A DNA stretch of 64,000 nt from the IMG/VR virus record IMGVR_UViG_3300014835_000052; one strand, given 5' to 3'. Position numbers and translations under genes: made by a program. The DNA comes from a virus. Shown here one piece after another: positions 6,537-15,076 of this stretch. The notes under the pieces are model-generated. The model was given only the letters and a program-made list of their open reading frames with translations. It made no database searches and had not been told where the DNA came from. How positions within the stretch are numbered: position 1 is the first letter of the stretch; each line of letters opens with the position of its first letter.

Positions 6537-9005
6537 TTAGATATTACCTAATGATTGTACAGCAACTTTGATGATTGAGGCCTCAGCCAAATATACTTTC
6601 AAAGTATTAGTATCAACTTCTTCTACAGAAACGATGTCATTTCTATAAGAACCATCAGCACGTTGAATTAACACAGTAAAAGTGACAAAGTTTGCAGCCA
6701 AGTTATGTGCAATAACATGAGTAGTAGCAGCAACACCTGCTTGGAATGTGAAGTTAGTAGCATTATAATCACTACGGATTGCAGTATCAGCAACAGCACG
6801 AGCAGCGGCTTCAGCACTAACAGCATTAGTCAATACCAATTCAGCAGCACGAGCAGTAGTTGCTTCAGTAGCAATAGCAGTAGTTAATACTAATTCAGCA
6901 GCAGTAGCGCGAGTTGCTTCAGCATCAATAGCAACTTGAAGTACACCATCTGCAGTAGTACGTGCAGTTGCTTCAGTAGCAACAATACCATCAGCATATA
7001 CTTGAGCAGCAGTTTGAGCAGAATCAGATTTGCTAGTAGCATCATTAGATGCAGCAGCAGCAACAGCCAATTCAGCAGCAATTGCACGAGCAACTTCTTG
7101 AGATAAAGCCAAATCAGTAGCAACATCTTTAGCAACCAATTCATCAATAGCAGAAACAATTGTTGATTTAGAGATAGTAGTTAAATCAGCAAGATTACCG
7201 ATTTTACCATTTACTTGGCCTTCAACAGTAGTTACACGACTATCTAATGCAGAATCGCCAGCAATTCTGTCAGCAACTTCAGTTGACAAATTAGTAGTTA
7301 AAACACCTTCAGCAGCAGTAGCACGAGTAACTTCAGCACTAACAGCGGCAGTTAAAACACCTTCAGCGGCACGAGCGGTGGTTGCTTCACTAGAAACAGC
7401 AGTAGTCAATACAACTTCGGCAGCACGAGCAGTAGTTGCTTCACTAGAAACAGCAGTAGTTAAAACACCTTCAGCAGCACGAGCAGTAGTTGCTTCTGCA
7501 ATAATAGCAGCACTAAGATCGGCTTCAACGCTAGTTGCACGAGTAATTTCAGCATTTAATGCAGTAGTAGAAGCACCAGTCAAAGAAGCGATTGAAGCAA
7601 GAATGTCTGTATCTGCAGTGTTGAAATGTGACAACAATTCAGAAATACTATCAAGAGCAGCAGGATCAACATTGTTCAGTACATTGTCAATACGAACACC
7701 CAATGCAGATTCTGCACCAGTTGCACGAATAACTTCACCAGCAATAGACGCAGTTAACGCACCTTCAGCATTACGTGCAGTAGTGGCTTCAGCAGCAACA
7801 GCAGTAGTCAATACACCTTCGGCAGCAGTAGCACGAGCAAGTTCTGTACTAACAGCAGTAGTCAAAACACCTTCAGCATCAGTTGCACGAGTAACTTCAG
7901 CAGAAACAGCAGTAGTTAAAACACCTTCAGCAGCAGTAGCACGAGTAACTTCAGCAGAAACCGCAGCAGTTAAAACACCTTCAGCCGCACGAGCAGTTGA
8001 TGCTTCACTAGAAACCGCCGCAGTCAGAACGCCTTCAGCAGCACGAGCAGTAGTTGCTTCAGTAGCAATAGCAGTGCTTAAAGAGGCTTCAACACCAGTT
8101 GCACGAGTTACTTCAGCAGACAATGCTTGTGAATTAGTAAGATCACCAGATACACGAGCAGCAGATTCTGAGGACAAATTGTTAGTAAGCAACAATTCAG
8201 CAGCAGTAGCACGAGCAACTTCAGCCAAAGTAGCATTAGTGCCAGCAGTTTCAGCAGCACGAGCAGTAGCGGCTTCATCCGAAATAGCATAAGACAAATC
8301 AGATTCTGCACTTTGAGCACGACTAACTTCAGTAGAAACAGCAGTAGTTAAAACGCCTTCAGCCGTAATAGCACGAGCAGTTTCAACGGTAACACGACCA
8401 CCAAGATCACTATCACCAGCAATACGATCAAGAACTTCTTGAGCCAAGCCAGATTCTAGAGTAGTAGCACGAGTTTCTAAAACTGTGTCACGACCATCAA
8501 GTACTGCTTCGGCGGCTTGAGCACGGATAGTTTCTGTACCAACAGCAGTAGTTAAAGCACCTTCAGCAGCAATAGCACGAGCAGTTTCATCAGACAACAA
8601 TCCTGTGACGACCACAACTTCAGCATCAACAACGGCTTTAGCAGCAGCAATTTGATTAGCAACTGTAGTAGCAAAATTTGCATCGCTACCGATAGCAGAA
8701 GCTAATTCTTTTAAAGTGTTGAGGAGATCAGGTGCAGCATCAACCAAGTCTGCAATTTTTTGATCTGAATAGGCTTCAGCAGATGCTAAAACATCAGAAA
8801 GATCTTGGGGAATAGCAAACGGATAAACAACAATAGCACCATTTGCATCTAAGGTTGAGAATTTTACTTTTTTATCAGTTGAGTTAAACCAAATTCTGCC
8901 TGGTTGAACTGGGATTGGATCAGAAGCCAAACGCTCTACATTTAAGTTTTCAATCCATGCATTATTTGCTAACGAAATACCGTGAAAAATTGGAAAATTA
9001 GACAT
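6537..9005 (-). CDS. Ala-rich coiled-coil fibre protein with about 18-aa repeats
   Basis: Many EVTRATAAEGVLTTAVSA-type repeats; strongly biased codons (GCT/GTT/ACT/CGT); own terminator. Confidence 0.7.
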   Translation of the reverse strand: MSNFPIFHGISLANNAWIENLNVERLASDPIPVQPGRIWFNSTDKKVKFSTLDANGAIVVYPFAIPQDLSDVLASAEAYSDQKIADLVDAAPDLLNTLKELASAIGSDANFATTVANQIAAAKAVVDAEVVVVTGLLSDETARAIAAEGALTTAVGTETIRAQAAEAVLDGRDTVLETRATTLESGLAQEVLDRIAGDSDLGGRVTVETARAITAEGVLTTAVSTEVSRAQSAESDLSYAISDEAATARAAETAGTNATLAEVARATAAELLLTNNLSSESAARVSGDLTNSQALSAEVTRATGVEASLSTAIATEATTARAAEGVLTAAVSSEASTARAAEGVLTAAVSAEVTRATAAEGVLTTAVSAEVTRATDAEGVLTTAVSTELARATAAEGVLTTAVAAEATTARNAEGALTASIAGEVIRATGAESALGVRIDNVLNNVDPAALDSISELLSHFNTADTDILASIASLTGASTTALNAEITRATSVEADLSAAIIAEATTARAAEGVLTTAVSSEATTARAAEVVLTTAVSSEATTARAAEGVLTAAVSAEVTRATAAEGVLTTNLSTEVADRIAGDSALDSRVTTVEGQVNGKIGNLADLTTISKSTIVSAIDELVAKDVATDLALSQEVARAIAAELAVAAAASNDATSKSDSAQTAAQVYADGIVATEATARTTADGVLQVAIDAEATRATAAELVLTTAIATEATTARAAELVLTNAVSAEAAARAVADTAIRSDYNATNFTFQAGVAATTHVIAHNLAANFVTFTVLIQRADGSYRNDIVSVEEVDTNTLKVYLAEASIIKVAVQSLGNI

Positions 9006-9083
9006 TTATTACTCTCTATAGTGAATTGATATATTTGTTTATCATGATATATTTTTATTAATACTCAAGTTGTGTATTAATAT

Positions 9084-9407
9084 TTAAAAAGCCACATTTA
9101 CATAACCGGATGTGGCAGATGTAAAAAATATAGTGAATGAATTCAAATCCATTATTTTCACATTACAATATAATTTATTTCCATCCTTGGACATAATAGT
9201 TTCTACAAATTTAGTTGTATTCTTATTATGAGTTATAATCCATTCTAATGCTGGGGTGTCAAATATAAATTGAATAACCCCTGATGCAAATAAAGCAGGA
9301 ACTTCTACAATTTGTGATGGAATTGTAACTTTATTTACAACAATAGAACCACCAAGTCCAAGTACTTTTGCTATAACTTTTGGAGGTCTATTGATTACTA
9401 CTTTCAT
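9084..9407 (-). CDS. small virion protein
   Basis: WIITHN...D.NS..IFF domain shared with neighbouring fibre genes. Confidence 0.5.
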   Translation of the reverse strand: MKVVINRPPKVIAKVLGLGGSIVVNKVTIPSQIVEVPALFASGVIQFIFDTPALEWIITHNKNTTKFVETIMSKDGNKLYCNVKIMDLNSFTIFFTSATSGYVNVAF

Positions 9408-9742
9408 ATAATAGTAACACCGGGTGTTACTATTAATTCACCCTCAACCACTCTTAATGTATAAGACGATGTTGGATTGTATAATACTATATCATATACA
9501 TATGATCCAGGTGTTAATAAAGATGATTCTACAGCGGAATATTCTAAACTAATAGTCCCTGTAGGTGCATCAATTTCCGTGGTTTTAAAATTATAAGACT
9601 TTTTTGAACCATAACCCTTTCTAAATTGGGCATATACTTGAAAATCTGTAATATTAATCTCATTACCTAAATCATCTAATAATCCCATTTCTATTATATA
9701 ATCACTTCCTTGATCTAGATATAGGTTAAATTTAAAAGCCAT
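9404..9742 (-). CDS. small Ig-like/BppU-N-like virion structural protein
   Basis: NLYLDQGSDY...YVYDIVL...RVVEGELIVTPGVT pattern common in T4-like phages. Confidence 0.6.
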   Translation of the reverse strand: MAFKFNLYLDQGSDYIIEMGLLDDLGNEINITDFQVYAQFRKGYGSKKSYNFKTTEIDAPTGTISLEYSAVESSLLTPGSYVYDIVLYNPTSSYTLRVVEGELIVTPGVTII

Positions 9743-9813
9743 AATGTATATTCCTATTATTTATTGAATAATAGACTCATGTTTATTATTCTACTGTTTA
9801 ATACTGATAGTAT

Positions 9814-10275
9814 TTATACAATAATTTCGTCAAGAGTAGGCCATATAATTTCAAATGGAAACCCCTCTTGTGAAGGTACATCGGCTAATGCTTGTATATA
9901 AGTATCAATTATAGCAATATCGGTATGTGGTAAACCCATTCTTTCTAATCTTAACGCTTTATTTAATTCATTTTGTGCTAAGAAAATCCTAGCATTTCTT
10001 TCATTTCTAGCATTATATGATTGCAATTCTCTTTCTGATTCCCTTTTAGTCTTAAATTCATCTTCTGTCAACGAACCAATTACACCTAATATATCTAAAT
10101 CCGCATCGTCATCACATGTGCCATAGAATAAAGGTTTATCTGTAGGCCATTCGGATTGATTCCACCAAAGAATTTTTAAACCTTTTATTTCTGGAAATGT
10201 TGGACCATTAGATAATGGTGCCATTTCTACTGGTAATTTTGTTATTGCATCTACATGTGTTACACAAATATACAT
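9814..10275 (-). CDS. tail fibre assembly chaperone-like protein
   Basis: C-terminal RNERNARI...YIQALADVPSQEGFPFEIIWP motif. Confidence 0.7.
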   Translation of the reverse strand: MYICVTHVDAITKLPVEMAPLSNGPTFPEIKGLKILWWNQSEWPTDKPLFYGTCDDDADLDILGVIGSLTEDEFKTKRESERELQSYNARNERNARIFLAQNELNKALRLERMGLPHTDIAIIDTYIQALADVPSQEGFPFEIIWPTLDEIIV

Positions 10276-10278
10276 ATT

Positions 10279-11349
10279 TTAAATTCCTATAATTTTTGTT
10301 AAATTTTTATCAAATCTTACATTTAATAATGATTTGATATGAACTCTTTCTTTAAATTGATTACAATGAATTAACATTCCAAAGTAACTATTGACAACTT
10401 GTTTAAGATTATTACTATAGAGTTTACTATGTAAATTTTCAATAGTCGTCCTTCTTATATACTTACAAAATGGCTTTATTATATATCCAACAAAATTAAT
10501 ACCCATATCTACAGTATTTATTTCTAATTTATTTGGATGGAAATCTAATCCTAATTTATTGAAAGTGTATATTTCTATTTTTCGATAAATCCCTTCAAGG
10601 TCTTTTCCTGATTCACCCATTAATAAAATATCATCTACATATCGTATGTAATATTTTACCTTCAACTCATGCTTGATATATTGGTCTAATCCATTAAGAT
10701 AAACATTGGCAAAGAATTGACTAGATAAATTCCCTATTGGCAATCCGAATCCTTTTTTAGCATTGAATAAACTTTTATGTTTTGGTACTTTATTTAATAA
10801 TTCTTCATTACTTTTAATAAAACAATTTTTAGTTGGATCATTATGGAGAATTATCTTAGTTAAATTAAACCACCAAGGATCTGTAATTTTTTTGCTTAAT
10901 ATTTCTTCTAAAATATTCTTATTAATAGATACAAAAAAATTTGCTATATCAGCCTTAAGGAATGATGCCTGTTGTGTGTGATTTTTAGTTACTGATCTAA
11001 TGTTTTTCTGAACTTTAATAGATGATTTTAATGTACCCTTTCCAGGAATACAGGCATAACTGTCATGGATGAAAGATTTATGAAATTGATCAGAATAACG
11101 ATTATATAAAATATGGTGAACTATTCTGTCTCTAAAACTAGCAGCCCAAATTTCTCTCGCTTTTGGTTTAGTAACAACAAAACATATAGACATTCCTGGT
11201 TCATATGTATTATTGATTAAATCATAATATAAATCCATCACATTTCTATTAAGATGTTCTTCAAACTTTTGAACACTTAAAGTGTTTTTCTTACCCTTTC
11301 TACAATCAAAATACGCTTGAAATACTTCAGATTCGGTTAAATCACACAA
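10279..11349 (-). CDS. DGR reverse transcriptase (ORF is open to 11439; likely start TTG 11349 or ATG 11376)
   Basis: GLPIGNLSSQFFAN (DGR-type SQ motif) and YIRYVDD; AGGAG lies 8 nt before TTG 11349. Confidence 0.95.
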   Translation of the reverse strand: MCDLTESEVFQAYFDCRKGKKNTLSVQKFEEHLNRNVMDLYYDLINNTYEPGMSICFVVTKPKAREIWAASFRDRIVHHILYNRYSDQFHKSFIHDSYACIPGKGTLKSSIKVQKNIRSVTKNHTQQASFLKADIANFFVSINKNILEEILSKKITDPWWFNLTKIILHNDPTKNCFIKSNEELLNKVPKHKSLFNAKKGFGLPIGNLSSQFFANVYLNGLDQYIKHELKVKYYIRYVDDILLMGESGKDLEGIYRKIEIYTFNKLGLDFHPNKLEINTVDMGINFVGYIIKPFCKYIRRTTIENLHSKLYSNNLKQVVNSYFGMLIHCNQFKERVHIKSLLNVRFDKNLTKIIGI

Positions 11350-11353
11350 GATA

Positions 11354-11484
11354 TAATCTCCTGACTGCACGAACATAGTTCGCATTAGTCTTATTGTTGT
11401 TGCTCTGGTTGCCATTGTTGAAATTCTGGTTCCAAGCATTGGTAGCAGTAAACTCCGTACTAGACCAGTAATTGGTCGCAGTAA
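11354..11484 (-). repeat. DGR template repeat TR
   Basis: 131 bp, 44 adenines, 12 AAY codons in the VR frame; matches 12004-12134 and 2152-2282. Confidence 0.97.
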
Positions 11485-11489
11485 CGCAA

Positions 11490-11576
11490 GACTTCACTCT
11501 CACACGACATATCAAAGAATACTCCATGATACGACTGGCTTTCGCCCTTTCGTTGACATTATCAACGGGTGAAGTC
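11490..11576 (-). ncRNA. candidate structured 5' domain of the DGR RNA (avd-TR spacer)
   Basis: 8-bp closing helix GACUUCAC/GUGAAGUC enclosing three hairpins, one with a GAAA tetraloop; pairing found by eye. Confidence 0.5.
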
Positions 11577-11607
11577 CGAGATTAATGGTTCTCTATTAAA
11601 TGACTTA

Positions 11608-11964
11608 TCACTCAACATTCTGCCCTCTTTGTGTTCCTATCCAACCCTGAACCTGCCTCCCAATTGAGTCAGTCAAGACTGCCAAATCTGAATATCCCTT
11701 TACATTAATAATATGTATATCTTTACATAATAAAAGTAACATTTCAACTACTTGTAATCTTTCAATAATCTGTAACAAATGTATCCTTTTATCGGTTACA
11801 GAATTGGCTTTGTATATAAACACTACCAATTCAATGACTTCATTGCGTATCTTATCACCTAAAGAATATTTAAAATCCTTTGGGAAATGTTTGGTCTTTT
11901 CTGTGACCAATTTAAGAAGTTCATATGTAGTCTTATAAACTGGAAGATGCTTATATTGTGCCAT
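11608..11964 (-). CDS. avd: DGR accessory variability determinant (Avd-like four-helix bundle)
   Basis: 118 aa, LPVYK...FPKDFKYSLGDKIR motif, located between target and TR. Confidence 0.9.
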   Translation of the reverse strand: MAQYKHLPVYKTTYELLKLVTEKTKHFPKDFKYSLGDKIRNEVIELVVFIYKANSVTDKRIHLLQIIERLQVVEMLLLLCKDIHIINVKGYSDLAVLTDSIGRQVQGWIGTQRGQNVE

Positions 11965-11994
11965 AATGTAGTATTCCTTTAAATAATTAAATGA

Positions 11995-14085
11995 TTAAAT
12001 AACTAATCTCCTGACTGCACGAACATAGATCGCAATAGTCTTATTGATGTAGCTCTGGTTGCCAAGGCGGAAATTCTGGTTCCAAGCATCGGTAGCAGTA
12101 AACTCCGTACTAGACCAGTAAGTGGTCGCAGTAAATGCTTCTGTTCCTGACACAGTTATGTATAAAGAAACTGCTGTTTGTGTTGGAGAGACAGCAGTAT
12201 AAGCAGCACCCGATGGAATACTGTTAGCATTTGCCCCATATCCTGTACCATCTGAACCATATCCCCCTGCCGCTTTAATTCCTATATTATTTGTGGTGGT
12301 TGTGGGTTTAAATGCTCTATAAACAACTTCCAATTCATCTCTGGCTGGCAAATACCAATCAGAGAAACCACCAATACTTAAATTATGGCAATATGTAGCA
12401 GCAGGATACAAGGTAGATCCAGCATTAAACATTGCCAAAGTAGCAGCAGGGCCATTGGTTAAAGTTTGAACACCAGTAGGACCAGCGTCATTAGTAGTTT
12501 TCCACATTACTGAAGTAATTTCGCCCGATGCTTTAGGTGCTACAATGATATAATAACCAACACCAGCATCTGTAATCTTACCTGCATAATAGCCTCCACC
12601 ATAAGATTGCCCAATAGTAGTTGGGCCAAAAGATGCAGCAGTAGTGAAAGAAGTTGGATTAGACCAGGAAGAATAAACCCCATTAGAGTCTTTATATCTA
12701 ACTCTCCAATAATAAGGTGTAGATACAACAAGAGTTGCAGTGGGGATTATATAAGAAATACTAGTTCCAGTAATATCTCCAGTACTAATTAAAGTAGTAA
12801 TGAAATTTATACTAGTAGATACTTGCCACTGGGAAGCACTCATGATATAACCTTTTGTATCTTGGAATGCATTCCCTGTAAGTGTTGGCGTTTGTCCTAA
12901 TCCGCTTGTAGCATTTGTGGGACTAATATTTGTAGGGGTAGTGACTTGTGGAGTAATAATTTCATGAATTGATACTACTTGTCCGGTAGAAGTAGAGCCT
13001 AGTGAATCCACCATATTAACTGTAAATGTAATATCTTGTACAATAGCGGATGCTGGTGCAGAAAAGGTTATAATTTCCCCAGAAGTGATATTAGATGTTT
13101 TAGAAAAGGTAAAGGCTGGTGTGCCATTTGTGATAGAATATGTAAAGGTTGCCCCATTTGTAGCAACACCTCCAGTAAAACTGATATTGTATCCCGAAGT
13201 TAATTGGATGACTTCAGATGGTGCAGTTACTATAATAGTACCTGTTGGGGCGGCATGTGTGGTAGTATTAGTTGTATGTCCAACAGGCTGAGAATAATTA
13301 CCAAAATTATCAACAGCGACAACTGATATAGAAAGTGCTTGACCTAAAGTAGCCGGGGCGGTAAAGGTTTTAGTTGCTGTATTATCGGTAGCAGATACGG
13401 AAGTAACATTACCATTCCAGTCTGTAATATTGAATGATGATATGGTACCATTAATAAGTGATGATACACCCACCATAGTAAATGTAAATGGTAGTGAAAC
13501 CACTACAGTTGGTAATGTATAAGTGACTGATGCAATATTATATACAACGGGAGGTATCCAGGCTGGGGTAGAACCATCTGTAGTTAATAGTTTATTGGCA
13601 TTTCCAGTTTGTGATGGTAATCCATTATTACTTGTGGATTGTTCTAATTTCCAGTTTTGGTTGGAACTACTATAAAGTAAAGAAATATAAGATCCAGTAA
13701 TATTTAATAATAAAGATGTAGGGTTAAATTCTACAGATTTCCCATTACTTAAGACAGTAATATTATTAACACCAAAAGTGTTAGAAATATCTATAATGCC
13801 AATTTGATCCCCATCTGTAGGGTTAATAGGCAGAGTAATATTAAAAGGATTTAAGGTAGAATCTACTCTAACTAGATCATTAATATCAGCAGTATAATTT
13901 GAAGTTTTAATAGTAGTTGGTTTTAGTCTACCTATAGCAGAATCAGACCAAGTAGGAGTAGATGTACCAACAGAAGTCAACACTTGACCTGCAGTACCGG
14001 TAGAATTATTTAGTGAAATAGTCCCACCTACAATGAAATTTTTACTATCATCTATGACGGTTACACCGCCGATTTTTAAAGCCAT
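11995..14085 (-). CDS. tail fibre/receptor-binding protein with C-terminal DUF1566-like CLec domain; DGR target 1
   Basis: Fibre-like N-terminus, Ig/FN3-like middle, WYLPARDEL...YWSSTE...YVRAVRR C-terminus containing VR1. Confidence 0.9.
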   Translation of the reverse strand: MALKIGGVTVIDDSKNFIVGGTISLNNSTGTAGQVLTSVGTSTPTWSDSAIGRLKPTTIKTSNYTADINDLVRVDSTLNPFNITLPINPTDGDQIGIIDISNTFGVNNITVLSNGKSVEFNPTSLLLNITGSYISLLYSSSNQNWKLEQSTSNNGLPSQTGNANKLLTTDGSTPAWIPPVVYNIASVTYTLPTVVVSLPFTFTMVGVSSLINGTISSFNITDWNGNVTSVSATDNTATKTFTAPATLGQALSISVVAVDNFGNYSQPVGHTTNTTTHAAPTGTIIVTAPSEVIQLTSGYNISFTGGVATNGATFTYSITNGTPAFTFSKTSNITSGEIITFSAPASAIVQDITFTVNMVDSLGSTSTGQVVSIHEIITPQVTTPTNISPTNATSGLGQTPTLTGNAFQDTKGYIMSASQWQVSTSINFITTLISTGDITGTSISYIIPTATLVVSTPYYWRVRYKDSNGVYSSWSNPTSFTTAASFGPTTIGQSYGGGYYAGKITDAGVGYYIIVAPKASGEITSVMWKTTNDAGPTGVQTLTNGPAATLAMFNAGSTLYPAATYCHNLSIGGFSDWYLPARDELEVVYRAFKPTTTTNNIGIKAAGGYGSDGTGYGANANSIPSGAAYTAVSPTQTAVSLYITVSGTEAFTATTYWSSTEFTATDAWNQNFRLGNQSYINKTIAIYVRAVRRLVI
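12004..12134 (-). repeat. DGR variable repeat VR1
   Basis: Exactly 650 bp from the TR; 10 mismatches, all at TR adenines; none at the 87 other positions. Confidence 0.97.
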
Positions 14086-14134
14086 TTTCGTTTCCTTTTT
14101 AAGTTAAACTAAGCGGTGAGGAATTCCTCATAAC

Positions 14135-14142
14135 TATTTATA
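14135..14142 (-). promoter_or_regulatory. T4-type late promoter upstream of the DGR operon
   Basis: TATAAATA on the minus strand, about 50 bp before ATG 14085. Confidence 0.75.
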
Positions 14143-14144
14143 TA

Positions 14145-14837
14145 TTATTTCAATTCTAATTTTTTAATACGAATATCTTGATCTTTAATTGCTTCTACTA
14201 GAAATGCAATTAATTGAAGATATTTTACAGACTTAATACCTTCTTCTGATGTAGAAATTATTTCAGGTAAAACTTTTTCAACTTCTTGTGCAATAAAACC
14301 ATAAGCATTTTCTTTGGAGTCTTTCCATTTAAAAGAAACACCTTGCAGTGAATTGATAACATTTAATGGGTTGGTTATAGGTTTTACATTAGATTTTAAT
14401 GATTTATCTGATATAGAATTAAAATCTGTTGCAATTACGCTATATGAACCATTAAATGTGAGATCTCCGTTTAAAAACCATGTTTGTGGGTGAGCAGAAT
14501 AAATATCACCATAATCCATATATAAGGCATAATTGGTTAATCCATTAGTTGCACTGCCGAACAACCCTACATTTGCACCACCAATATGTGTATTATTAGA
14601 TATAGCATTTATTGCAATAGAAGATGTAGTATCTGTAGATAATACAACATTTCCAGAAAACACTGGTGATGTTGCAAGATTAGTAACAGTATTATTAAGT
14701 GTAGAAATACTTGTTGTATGTCCACTAACGGTAGATTGCGTTGCAATTAAATCGGTATTTAAATTAGTGAAATTACTATCTACTTCAACAATTGATAAGG
14801 GGGTTCCTTTCACCTGTCGTAGAGTTATTGTGGCCAT
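14145..14837 (-). CDS. short fibre protein with peptidase S74 chaperone domain
   Basis: SDKSLKSNV...FKWK...YGFIAQEVE motif. Confidence 0.75.
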   Translation of the reverse strand: MATITLRQVKGTPLSIVEVDSNFTNLNTDLIATQSTVSGHTTSISTLNNTVTNLATSPVFSGNVVLSTDTTSSIAINAISNNTHIGGANVGLFGSATNGLTNYALYMDYGDIYSAHPQTWFLNGDLTFNGSYSVIATDFNSISDKSLKSNVKPITNPLNVINSLQGVSFKWKDSKENAYGFIAQEVEKVLPEIISTSEEGIKSVKYLQLIAFLVEAIKDQDIRIKKLELK

Positions 14838-15076
14838 TATATTTCCTTTTGAATTAGTTGTTGAAGTAAAGATTTAATATCATTCATATCTTGTTTAATA
14901 TTAGTAATATCAGATTCTAGATTATCTATTTTTAATGAATTCTCATACATTAATTTGGCAGAGTGTCTTTTATTTTTATGTTCTTTTAATTTATCCATAT
15001 CTATAGATAAGACAGCCTTAGAGTGGATATCTCTAATGATATCCACTTTTCCTATTATTTGCATTGTATCAATCAT
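14837..15076 (-). CDS. hypothetical protein
   Basis: ORF track; coupled to both neighbours. Confidence 0.55.
   Translation of the reverse strand: MIDTMQIIGKVDIIRDIHSKAVLSIDMDKLKEHKNKRHSAKLMYENSLKIDNLESDITNIKQDMNDIKSLLQQLIQKEI

Larger units (their letters stand above)
10279..14085 (-). mobile_element. diversity-generating retroelement: target/VR1 - avd - TR - RT
   Basis: RT, Avd-like gene, and TR/VR pair with adenine-specific mismatches, all co-oriented. Confidence 0.97.

Noticed and set aside
6705-8320. Plus-strand ORFs (for example 7378..8292, also 2600..3043 and many others in the track)
   Set aside because: Antisense shadows of repetitive or codon-biased minus-strand genes, without their own RBS or promoter.
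10279-11439. RT as group II intron, retron or Abi-type RT
   Set aside because: SQ motif, short length, no maturase/endonuclease extension, and an adjacent avd and TR/VR pair identify it as a DGR RT.
11342-11527. 61-aa Asn-rich ORF
   Set aside because: It is the TR read in the VR frame; TRs are typically open because of AAY codons.
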